A DNA stretch of 63,654 bases, filler included, from Octopus bimaculoides (taxonomy: Eukaryota): NCBI RefSeq assembly GCF_001194135.2. It is 4 parts of 4 records of this genome, joined end to end, with 100 filler letters (N's around TTAATTAATTAA, not from the genome) between each part and the next. Parts side by side here need not be neighbours in the genome. Positions count along the whole stretch, not along the records: positions 24,876 to 54,188 come from NC_068993.1; positions 54,289 to 61,398 come from NC_068991.1; positions 61,499 to 63,654 come from NC_069008.1; 1 more part is not named here. The stretch is one strand, 5' to 3'. Shown here piece by piece: positions 53,024 to 63,654 of the stretch (positions are counted from its first letter, which is position 1; every line of letters begins with the position of its first letter). Under the pieces are notes generated by a model. That model was not told the DNA's origin. It made no database searches and saw only the letters and a list, made by a program, of their open reading frames with translations. A program made the position numbers and the translations under genes.

Positions 53024-54083
53024 NNNNNNNNNNNNNNNNNNNNNNNNNNNNNNNNNNNNNNNNNNNNNNNNNNNNNNNNNNNNNNNNNNNNNNNNNNNNN
53101 NNNNNNNNNNNNNNNNNNNNNNNNNNNNNNNNNNNNNNNNNNNNNNNNNNNNNNNNNNNNNNNNNNNNNNNNNNNNNNNNNNNNNNNNNNNNNNNNNNNN
53201 NNNNNNNNNNNNNNNNNNNNNNNNNNNNNNNNNNNNNNNNNNNNNNNNNNNNNNNNNNNNNNNNNNNNNNNNNNNNNNNNNNNNNNNNNNNNNNNNNNNN
53301 NNNNNNNNNNNNNNNNNNNNNNNNNNNNNNNNNNNNNNNNNNNNNNNNNNNNNNNNNNNNNNNNNNNNNNNNNNNNNNNNNNNNNNNNNNNNNNNNNNNN
53401 NNNNNNNNNNNNNNNNNNNNNNNNNNNNNNNNNNNNNNNNNNNNNNNNNNNNNNNNNNNNNNNNNNNNNNNNNNNNNNNNNNNNNNNNNNNNNNNNNNNN
53501 NNNNNNNNNNNNNNNNNNNNNNNNNNNNNNNNNNNNNNNNNNNNNNNNNNNNNNNNNNNNNNNNNNNNNNNNNNNNNNNNNNNNNNNNNNNNNNNNNNNN
53601 NNNNNNNNNNNNNNNNNNNNNNNNNNNNNNNNNNNNNNNNNNNNNNNNNNNNNNNNNNNNNNNNNNNNNNNNNNNNNNNNNNNNNNNNNNNNNNNNNNNN
53701 NNNNNNNNNNNNGGGGGTGGGTTATTTGAGCATCCATGTTGGTGTGTTTACATCCCTGTGATTTAGCAAAAGAAACCAGTAGAATAAGAACTAGGCCTAA
53801 GAAATAAGTCTTGGGGTGAAGGTAGTGCTCCAGCATGGCCACATTCAAATGACTGAAACAAGTAAAGGAAAAAGAAGGAATATATGTGTGTGAGTATATA
53901 TATATATATATACACATATATATATTTATAAATATATATGTGTGCGTGTGTGTCTGTTATCATGTATGTTGTATGCTGTAGATATATAAGTTAATGAATT
54001 TGTTAGATGAAGTGATTGAACTTATACTGGAACATTGAACATGAGAATAATATATAAAAAAATACATCTTGCTCTCTCCCTCC

Positions 54084-54118
<35 letters not shown>

Positions 54119-54126
54119 ACACACTG

Positions 54127-54162
<36 letters not shown>

Positions 54163-54188
54163 ATGTATGTATGAATGTATAGATAGAT

Positions 54189-54288
54189 NNNNNNNNNNNN
54201 NNNNNNNNNNNNNNNNNNNNNNNNNNNNNNNNTTAATTAATTAANNNNNNNNNNNNNNNNNNNNNNNNNNNNNNNNNNNNNNNNNNNN
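54189..54288. other. Artificial scaffold linker (44N-TTAATTAATTAA-44N)
   Basis: Same 100-bp structure as at 24776. Confidence 0.95.
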
Positions 54289-54319
<31 letters not shown>

Positions 54320-54417
54320 CTATCTATCTATCTATCTATCTGTCTGCATACATACACGCGCGCGTGCACACATACACAAACTTACCTATAGATAAATAGA
54401 CAGACGGACAGTCAGTC

Positions 54418-54456
<39 letters not shown>

Positions 54457-54481
54457 CAGACAAACAGACAGGCAGACAGTC

Positions 54482-54514
<33 letters not shown>

Positions 54515-54816
54515 CACAGATAGACAAATAGATAGATAGATAGATAGATAGACAGATGCATTTATATGGATGTAACTATATGTCTACACACATATGCACA
54601 TACATACACACACACACACACAAACATACACACAGAGCATTTCTGACAGAGCAGCTCCCAAAACTATTAGATGTCATTATTGTTGTTTTTGTTGTTGTTG
54701 TTGTTGTAATTGTAATTTGTAACTCTTGTTTAATGATAAATACCACAACTAATGTTGTTTGTGACCTTAATACTAGTGTCATCACCATCTTCATTAACAT
54801 CAACATCATTACCGCT

Positions 54817-54864
<48 letters not shown>

Positions 54865-55715
54865 TCCGCCATCACCACCATCGCCACAATCATCTTAACC
54901 ACCACCATTACGATTGTCATCACTTCCATCTACCAAAACCGTAACCACTATAATGACGGCAAATAACACCACCACCACCACCACCACCACCACCACCACC
55001 ACCACTACCAACAACAACAACAATAACATCAACACTGCTACCACTAGCTCACCCAAAACCAACATTGCTTTGATCATCGTACTATCGAACCGCATAAGCT
55101 ATTAAGGACTTGCTAAAAAGCTAAACAGAGCACACTACAGTCCTTAAAAAAAAGGGTCCCGTTTAAAATATGTTCACCTCGCGTGTCTGCTTTAAAAACA
55201 ACCATAACACATAAAGCCTTTATAGAATAACTAATGATAAGCTCCCGATTTAAGTAACGTGGAAAGAACTCACTCATCACGTGGTGCATCGATGCTAAAG
55301 AAATGCATTATCATTCCAACAGTTACATATGTCTCCCATCTTTAATATAAACAAACTAACAAATAAATGAAACGTTATTGTATGAAATTGCAAAATAGGA
55401 AGTCACAAATTATTTCTGTCTTCGGTGACTTGATTGTTCCATTTGGACGGAAACGTGTGTGAATAAAAGCCAAGAAACATGGCAAGGCTTGGTGGAATAA
55501 TTTTTGGTATTAAAACAGACTCCTTTTACAGAAATAGCTTCATTGGAGAACAAATTCTTTGGCATACAGTGATGCAGACATCTTATTATGTTACAGTTAA
55601 TGCCATTTTGTATAATAAGCAAAACAGCTTAAGTTGTTCGACTTAAGGAAATATCTCAACCGTAATCGGATATATTAATTGTTAGGAAACGCAGTATCGT
55701 ATCAAAGCTTAGAAC

Positions 55716-55889
55716 CAGTGCCGGATTTAGGACAAATGAAGTCCTGCGCTAGTTAAGTTATGAGGTCCCTTACTTGGACAATCAGGCATACATGCTCAAG
55801 AAATTTTTAAACAAGATGAGCCCCACCACCCTAGTGAAACGGAGCCCTGTGTTTAAGCACACCTCAGCACAATGGTAAATCTGGCACTA
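55716..55889. mobile_element. hAT-type MITE
   Basis: Ends CAGTGCCGGATTTA / TAAATCTGGCACTA; flanks CTTAGAAC / CCTAGAAG (6/8, decayed 8-bp TSD). Confidence 0.7.
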
Positions 55890-56115
55890 CCTAGAAGCAA
55901 GCATTATTGTGACACTTATGGCTGGAAAGGATTTCATCTTAGTTTTGCTCCTTCAGGTCACACATGGGCTAAATAAAACACCTCTCAAAGCAGAAACTGT
56001 GATGACAGTAACATCTAAAGTCGGATATAATCACGAGTTTAAAATGGTGTATAGTAGACATATGGCTGTATGTATCTTTGTATGTACGTATGTCTGTGTA
56101 TATATATATATATAT

Positions 56116-56323
56116 ACTCATTTACTTGTTTCATTCATTTTGACTGCGGCCATGCTGGAGCACCGCCTTTAGTCGAACAAATCGACCCCAGGACTTATTC
56201 CTTGTAAGCCTAGTATTTATTCTATCGGCTTCTTTTGCCGAACCTTTAAGTTACGGATGCGTAAACACACCAGCATAGGTTGTCAAGCGATTTTGGGGGA
56301 CACACAAACATATATACACACAT

Positions 56324-56378
<55 letters not shown>

Positions 56379-56541
56379 CGATGGGCTTCTTTCAGTTTCC
56401 GTCTACCAAATCCACTAACAAGGCTTTCGTCGGCTCGATGCTATAGTAGAAAACCCTTGCCCAAGGTACCACGCAGTGGGACTGAACCCGGAACCATGTG
56501 GTTGGTAAGCAAGCTACTTACCACACAGCCACTCCTATGCC
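56116..56541 (-). mobile_element. SINE family A copy
   Basis: Full bipartite copy with an internal (CA)n(TA)n tract. Confidence 0.88.
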
Positions 56542-57094
56542 TATATATATATGTATGTATGTGTGTGTGAGGGTTTCTTTGCGATGGACAGCGGAAAATC
56601 CACCAACCCATTCTCTCCTTGAAGCTACGTATTCTTCACATACACCTTTCTTTCCCTTCTTCGGCGTTTTAAAAGTTAGTTATGTGTATGTGCATGTGTG
56701 TGTGTGTGCACGGGTTTGTGTGTATGTATGCATGTACCTATGTACTTACAAAAGTATGTATGCAGCGCCGTGTATATTAGCGTTACCATCCCACTGCCAC
56801 TCCATATCTGTTGCATACACAACGCTGTTCTCCCCTTCTATATATATCAGCCACACTCACTATGCCACCACATTTCCCTCACACTAACACTCTTTGCACC
56901 CTACTCATTTTATCAAATAATTGCCCAACTCCACTAGGGGGCCCATCATATATCTTTTATTGAAATCTAATTAGCCTATAATTGAACTGGGTGCTAGTTG
57001 AACATGTATGCAAAGTTTCAAGATTGAGTTCACTGGTGTAGACAGCAAGATGGTAACAGACAGATCGACAGCCAGAAAGTACTATTTATATATA

Positions 57095-57129
<35 letters not shown>

Positions 57130-57491
57130 NNNNNNNNNNNNNNNNNNNNNNNNNNNNNNNNNNNNNNNNNNNNNNNNNNNNNNNNNNNNNNNNNNNNNNN
57201 NNNNNNNNNNNNNNNNNNNNNNNNNNNNNNNNNNNNNNNNNNNNNNNNNNNNNNNNNNNNNNNNNNNNNNNNNNNNNNNNNNNNNNNNNNNNNNNNNNNN
57301 NNNNNNNNNNNNNNNNNNNNNNNNNNNNNNNNNNNNNNNNNNNNNNNNNNNNNNNNNNNNNNNNNNNNNNNNNNNNNNNNNNNNNNNNNNNNNNNNNNNN
57401 NNNNNNNNNNNNNNNNNNNNNNNNNNTCATAACCTTACGCTCGTGAGCCGAATGCCCTAACCACTAAGCCACGCGCCTTCACACACACACA

Positions 57492-57527
<36 letters not shown>

Positions 57528-58508
57528 ATATACATATATACATATATATATATACATATATATATATATGTATATACATATACTGGTATATACATATATT
57601 CGTATATGAGCGTATACACACAGATACAAACACATACACACATATATACATGCATATATATGTACGTGTATATACTTACACACATATATATACTCTGGTA
57701 TACTTACATACATGTATATATCTACATAACTCCCCCCCACGCCCATTCACACACAAATGCACATATTTTTTTTTTGACACACGCGCATTTATGTGAGCGC
57801 TCTGTAAATATGTATACGTTCAAACAGAGTATGCTCTTGTATAAATGTATGCATGTATTTGTGAATGTAAGTATGCCTGTGTGTCTGTGTGTATGTATGT
57901 GTCTATGTGTGTGTGTGTGTGTATGTGTTTAATAGTACATCTATATAGGACTCGTCTCTTGTATATGAATGAGCCAAAGGAACGGCAGGAAAGACGAGGC
58001 CAGGGAGCAGACGATGAAGCAGAGGTGTGTATGTGTGTGTGTGTGTGGGTGTGTGTGAGCGCGACGAAGACATAATAGCGAAGACACGAAAACAGGTCTC
58101 CTTAGCGAGAAGAGCGCTCGTCTATGTGAATATTAACATAAACAAATTGTCTCGCGTTGTCAGTGCAGCGTAATAACCGTGAGAAATTGTCAACTTTGTA
58201 TGGTAGACGACTAAATTGTAGGGCTAAATATGTATTGTCATTGATGACAATGTTTATATCTATAAAGGAGGGGTGGGGACAGAGAAGGTTGGGGATGAAG
58301 GATGAGGGTCGGAAAGTTAGTTTGATAGATAGAGAGGTACTCAGATAAATATGCAGGCATATATATATATATATAGAGAGAGAGAGACAGCCCAAATGCC
58401 TACGTACATTACTCAACGCGCCGACGCATATACATTATATGAATACACATGGACACATACAAATATACATACATACATACATACATACATACATACATAC
58501 ATACATAC

Positions 58509-58620
58509 ACTGACTAACTACCAATCTTAAGAAATTAGGCTTCTCAAAACCAGAATGGAGAAAACTGATTCGAAGACAACAGATTCAATCCATCACTGGA
58601 ACTGTAAAACTTTCCAGCTG
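58509..58620 (+). mobile_element. Short R4/Dong-type LINE fragment
   Basis: ACCAATCTTAAGAAATTAGGCTTCTCAAAACCAGAA..CTGATTCGAAGAC matches 12755-12850; begins right after (CATA)n. Confidence 0.75.
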
Positions 58621-58699
58621 ATTTTCTCATCAGTTGGTTTCCGAGACGTCTTAGTGGTTTCACGCTATTTAAACCAAGACCACTCTTATCTAACGGAAG

Positions 58700-59058
58700 C
58701 ACCAGAGCATAAAGCTACAGGAAAAAGCTGACGAATGTGTGTGAGGATAGGACAAAATAGCATTGCGTGTACTATAAGAAATAACGACAAGATATAACAG
58801 ACAAGGAATGGTACGTATACAATAGAAAATCTTCTATGTCTGTACAATAAGCTAAAAGAATAATCATACCTATTCAGTAGTATAACAATACAATGCAAAC
58901 ACATGATGAGGATGTGTTTAAAGAACATTTGGACAAAATTGTATCTGAGGCACCAGATGAACTCACATCGCGACAGAATCCACAAAGAAGAGCAAATTCA
59001 GTCCAACTTGCTACTCCACCAGAAACAGCTTCGGGGAGGTAGCTGGGACACGAGTGCA
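58700..59058 (+). mobile_element. CR1-group LINE 3' end fragment
   Basis: FKEHLDKIVSEAPDE..RRANSV resembles the CR1 terminal FKxxLDxFLxxxPDEP..RA.SNS motif. Confidence 0.5.
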
Positions 59059-59491
59059 NNNNNNNNNNNNNNNNNNNNNNNNNNNNNNNNNNNNNNNNNN
59101 NNNNNNNNNNNNNNNNNNNNNNNNNNNNNNNNNNNNNNNNNNNNNNNNNNNNNNNNNNNNNNNNNNNNNNNNNNNNNNNNNNNNNNNNNNNNNNNNNNNN
59201 NNNNNNNNNNNNNNNNNNNNNNNNNNNNNNNNNNNNNNNNNNNNNNNNNNNNNNNNNNNNNNNNNNNNNNNNNNNNNNNNNNNNNNNNNNNNNNNNNNNN
59301 NNNNNNNNNNNNNNNNNNNNNNNNNNNNNNNNNNNNNNNNNNNNNNNNNNNNNNNNNNCATGTACATCTGTCAGGCTTTTGGAGACGATAATGATAAGCT
59401 GTGTGCCATTAATGCCCATGCTGCTGAAGTATCTGGATCTGTTTGGTAATGGCAACAGGATTTTTAGCACTATAATGTGCTAATATATATA

Positions 59492-59637
59492 TATTTCTCC
59501 TTGTCTCCGTATTCTTTCTGTTGAAGAGCGTAGCTCGAAACGTCAAAGACTTTCCGTATTCCCGAGCGTCATACTAATATATACTTTTGTTATTTACACC
59601 ACCTGTCCTCGTCTGTTGTTATTTTTTGTATATTCTC

Positions 59638-59642
<5 letters not shown>
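59492..59642 (+). mobile_element. Short Penelope-like/retrozyme-like element with a hammerhead-like motif (motif 59513-59549)
   Basis: TCTTT-CTGTTGA-A-GAGC-GTA-GCTC-GAA-AC-GT-C-AAAGA; followed by (TA)n. Confidence 0.65.
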
Positions 59643-59676
<34 letters not shown>

Positions 59677-59806
59677 GAGTTATAGGAATTTATAATTCCA
59701 AGCAGATATCTTGTAAGAACTCAATGACTATGCGATCTTGGCTAGCTATTTTGAGCAAGCGGAAACTGTTAAATCTAAATAGAATTAAAATCCGTGGTTA
59801 TATAAA

Positions 59807-60157
59807 ATGCAACTAAACGAGGGAAGATTTGAGCTGATGCATTTGGGAAGAAAGACTATACTAAACCAACCATACTCTCTTCCTTCAGGGGAACCGCTCA
59901 CAGCATCTAATAATATCAGAGACCTAGGAGTAATTGTTGATAACAATCTCAGTTGGAGTGCCCACATCAGCAATAAGGTCGATATAGCTCGCAGGATGAG
60001 CTCCTGGATCTTAAGAACCTTCTGGGCCAGAGAACAAGGTGTTATCATTCCACTTTTCTCCTCCTTTGTACGGCCACACCTCGAATACTGCTGCCCCTTG
60101 TGGTCTCCCCATACAAAACAAAACATCTCGAAAATTGAATCACCCCAGACACTGTAA
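59807..60157 (+). mobile_element. CR1/L2-clade LINE reverse transcriptase C-terminal fragment
   Basis: IRDLGVIVDNNLSWSAHI..RRMSSWILRTF..LFSSFVRPHLEYCCPLWSPH..ISKIESPQ. Confidence 0.92.
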
Positions 60158-61075
60158 TACTCCTGCTGCTCCTCTCGTCATTTTCCAATACATTGCTTTT
60201 CGTTGTTCTTATCATGATGGCTCTCATCATCACCTATTGCAATCCCTCTTCACACACACACCTTATTTGTGCATACACCAATTTTCATTCATTTTTAACG
60301 GTCTTCCCAACACGTGCTTTTCCCCTTATTTGTGCGTGCACCAATTCAACTGACCACTTTTCTCTCTACTAGATTTAATCGTATCGTAGAGCAACCTTCT
60401 TCTCATAGTTTATTTTGTCGCGTTCATTCAAAGCACTACTTTTTGCCATTGCAGAACAACACAACTTTACTAGGATTCTATTGTTATATTATTTGGTGGA
60501 ATATTCTCTTCTTTGGCTATTAGCGCCGCTGTTGGCTTTAACTAATAACAAATACAGTTTCACGCATTAACTTTATTCCATTATGATTAAAAGAAAGCTA
60601 CCGAATGGTACATATCATCTGTTTTATGAAATTTTTAATGACATATCCATTCTGTATCTTGAGTGCATTTTGTTCCTATGGCATACGATATTTGTATTTT
60701 ATGCATTTCTGTGGATTGTGGGTGGTGCATCTGTTGCTTCATTCTGAGGGAATTTGTTATTGTATTTTTCTATGAGCTATCCATTTATTTATAGAAAACA
60801 CTTTATTATCTAATGTTTGCTTTATATGTGATATTTCATTATCTAAAGCTTCTTCAATAGATGGATGTTTTAAAGCTCTTCTAAGAAGAGATGTGACCGT
60901 AGAATGCTTTATATCTATGTGGACACTTACGCAATACTACCGTGAGTATATAAACAATTGTTTCTGTTTTATGGTGTATAGACGGAACTGCTACACTATA
61001 TATATATATGTTGATGGAAATATTTCAATATGTATCTAGTTAGAACAGTAAGATGGCTACTAAGCCGTGGCTGTG

Positions 61076-61225
61076 TAGTAGGAAGCTTGCTTCCCAACCA
61101 CATGGTTCCGGGTTCAGTCTCACTGCGTGGCACCTTCAGCAAGTGTCTTCTACTATAGCTTCTCGCCGGCCAAAAACCTTGTGAGTGGATTTGGTAGATG
61201 GAAACTGAAAGAAGCCTGTCGTATA
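61076..61225 (+). mobile_element. SINE family A 5' half ending at (TA)n
   Basis: Head and first half identical in layout to 32799 and 52265. Confidence 0.85.
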
Positions 61226-61398
61226 TATATATATATATATATATAGTTTTAGGGAAAATAACCAATTTTCAAGAACTCATCGATGAAAATCCACTATCAC
61301 ATATAGAAAAATTAATAATTAAAAGCACAATAAATGAGTATAATATAAAGTAAAGTAAATATCATAAGATAAATATAATATTATATTATATTTATCTT

Positions 61399-61498
61399 NN
61401 NNNNNNNNNNNNNNNNNNNNNNNNNNNNNNNNNNNNNNNNNNTTAATTAATTAANNNNNNNNNNNNNNNNNNNNNNNNNNNNNNNNNNNNNNNNNNNN
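61399..61498. other. Artificial scaffold linker (44N-TTAATTAATTAA-44N)
   Basis: Same 100-bp structure as at 24776. Confidence 0.95.
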
Positions 61499-61883
61499 GC
61501 TTATGGCTGTATCTTGCGCGGGGACATAGAAATAATCGGACTGAATACTCAATCGCGCGGTTAAACCACTGGGAGTGAATGACCCCTAGCCTTTAACGCA
61601 ACTCAGTTAACTGGGATAACTCCCACATAAAACCTGCGGCTCAGTGGTTACCGATGATGTTGAATTGTTCTTCTTTTCGGGTTATGGCTACTGTTGCTTA
61701 GTGAGTGGGATTGACTCAGTGCACAGCCTTTCCTCACTTTAAAAAAAATCTTTTTGCACAGGCATTGCACGATAACAACATTGATTGATTGATTGATTAA
61801 ATTGATTAACTAATTTATGATTGTTGATAGTGCTGTGAGTCTCGACTAAATGGCTGGCTGTAGCCTTAAAGAGCAAACAATCA

Positions 61884-62430
61884 ATGATGTACCAAAACAG
61901 TATAAAAATAAATGGCAGTAAGGACTCTGGAACCACATCAGATGAAAGATGCTCCAGAGCATCACAGTCTGAACCCGGCTGTCATCGAGCTACTGTGATA
62001 GAACCAAATAAAATACTGAATATTGGCTGTTGGAATGTACGGACGCTGCTTGACCGCGAGTCCTCTGAATGTCCTGAACGAAGGACTGCGCTTGTTGCGA
62101 AGGAGCTTCGACGCTATGATCTTGACATCGTTGCTTTATCTGAGACGAGATTAGTTGGAGATGGTCATTTTAAAGAATCTTGTGGAAAATATACATTCTT
62201 TTGGAAAGGGAGGAATGAAGAGTTTAGAGGAGAAGCTGAAGTGGTATTTGCTGTTTAGACTACTCTTGTGGACCTGTTGGAAGAATTCCCAGTCGGGATT
62301 AATGTCCATGCGAATTCCTTTGGTTAAAGGAAATTATGTAACCTTGGTGAGTGTGTATGCTCTAACTATGTGCTATGACGAAAAAGTTTCTTTCTACCAT
62401 GCTTTGAAGGGCATTATAAGAAATATCAAT
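61884..62430 (+). mobile_element. RTE (BovB-like) LINE apurinic endonuclease N-terminal fragment, frameshifted
   Basis: LNIGCWNVRTLLD..ERRTALVAKELRRYDLDIVALSETR..YTFFWKG, then LMSMRIPL..TLVSVYALT..KVSFY. Confidence 0.92.
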
Positions 62431-63654
62431 ATTATAATTACCAATAACATGTGCTTGTATAGTAATATTACGATCATGAAATTAGCATTAGCTTATCTCA
62501 CTCTCGCGGAACCCTTAGGAACTGTTTCCAGAACACTAGGGTTCTGGGGACCCCAGTTGAGGAACGCTGGTTTAAATAGTTTCATGAAGACACGTAGCCG
62601 CAGGTGGGCTGGGCTATGGCGTGCTTAGCAACCCCACCTCAGTTAGAATTTCTACTCCAATTTGAGAATTTGTGCTTGGAAGAATGCGGTACAAAACGCC
62701 TCAGTCGAAAACAATACTTTTTATACATACATACAAAAAAAAAAAAAAAGAAAACTTGTGGAAAATTTTAGACGGGACAGATTCACAAGATCTGATGTCG
62801 CTAAAGAGGAAATAGATTATTTACTTTGACTTAGTGGTATGTGAAAACATGTAGGTAATTACAAACGTGTATGTGCGTGTGCGCACGCGTACTATAGAAC
62901 TGGTCAGTACTGAAAGCAATGCCGTCTTAAATCCCCCTGGAGAAATAAACTGGAGACAGATTTTCTTTATTTCCTATAAAAAGGATACACAGAGGGGACA
63001 AACAAGGGTTATATAGGGGTCATACACACTCTTTACAAAGGATTAAAAACGAATGGGTTTATAGATGTGTATGACGAATGATATGAAGTTGAAAATATAA
63101 ATGTTAATTTACGACGGTTTAAAGAATTCCAGGTGAGTGAACTAAGCCGCCGCTTGATTTCTTTTTTTGGTAAACATTTCCGTCCTTTTATGCTTGGACC
63201 GACCGATAAATCTGGAGACAGGGTTATGTTTGCGGTGTCTTAAAGCGTTAACTGCTCTATCTCTGGCGACAAAAATCTTCTAGGTACACATGTTTGTGTG
63301 CATGTGTACACACGTATATTCTTTATCTTTTCAAAATTTCTCCCTGACTTTATCCATTACAATTCATCTGTCTTCGTCGATTAATTATTTGCCACTCTGG
63401 TGTCCTTTGTTCGTTCGAAGCCCTAACCCTCCACAAATTTTATATTTCAAAAATTTCTGGATACTGCTGTCTTATGAAATTTTCCTGTCTTGTCGTTAAA
63501 AGCACGAAACAGGGAGTAATATCACAGTCGACAACTGAGGAGGGGTATTCTTTTGAGCTTTTGTCCCGTACTTATCTCTCGTTGTGTCTCTACGTATTTT
63601 TCACTCGTTGACGTCCTGCTCGTAATGTGTATATATATATATATATATATATAT

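Noticed and set aside
55425-55460. Hammerhead-like TCCA/TGGA stem followed by GAAACGTG
   Set aside because: No CUGANGA core and GUG is not a cleavable triplet.
57960-58340. CpG-retaining stretch that might be a promoter or enhancer (also 18920-19200 and 55200-55700)
   Set aside because: No linked gene or defined motif cluster; not supportable from sequence alone.
13037-59470. Long ORFs in the track (200-340 aa) and many YIYI/CVCV/HTHT/LSIY/KKER ORFs
   Set aside because: They run through N gaps or di-, tri- and tetranucleotide microsatellites and carry no protein signal.
10708-61225. tRNA genes
   Set aside because: The A/B-box sequences are SINE heads without complete cloverleafs and continue into shared repeat bodies.
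61660-61745. HDV-like ribozyme in the RTE 5' region
   Set aside because: Some pairings exist (GGCT/AGCC, AGTGAG/CTCACT), but I could not build the nested double pseudoknot with P1.1, P4 and the catalytic C.
1-63654. CRISPR array or prokaryotic system
   Set aside because: No regularly spaced repeat-spacer units or operon-like ORFs; spliceosomal gene and metazoan repeats throughout.

Overview
Eukaryotic, very microsatellite- and SINE-rich DNA, most consistent with a cephalopod (octopus-like) draft assembly; the taxon is my inference from repeat style, not a database result. The window is not contiguous. Three identical 100-bp linkers (44 N + TTAATTAATTAA + 44 N) at 24776-24875, 54189-54288 and 61399-61498 join four pieces. 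Piece 1 (1-24775) carries eight clean GT-AG exons (983 bp of CDS) of a + strand sodium:solute symporter of the SLC5A5/6/8/12 (NIS/SMVT/SMCT) subfamily. The 5' exons lie outside the window, one internal exon is missing (probably in the N gap 13069-13706), and no terminal exon is found before the linker. I found no other host gene. The rest is decayed transposons (hAT, maT/DD37D, RTE, CR1-group, R4/Dong-type), several MITE/foldback elements, at least four SINE-like families and simple repeats. Nearly all ORFs in the supplied track are microsatellite or N artefacts. The most interesting signals are: (i) a repeated ~150-190 bp element with an identical minimal type-I hammerhead-like motif whose core reads CUGUUGA; (ii) a tRNA-headed SINE whose tail is a second, decayed hammerhead-like motif; (iii) a ~680-bp foldback element with perfect 37-bp TIRs, an 8-bp TSD and a (CCCTAA)n/(TTAGGG)n palindromic core; (iv) inverted SINE pairs bracketing transporter exons.
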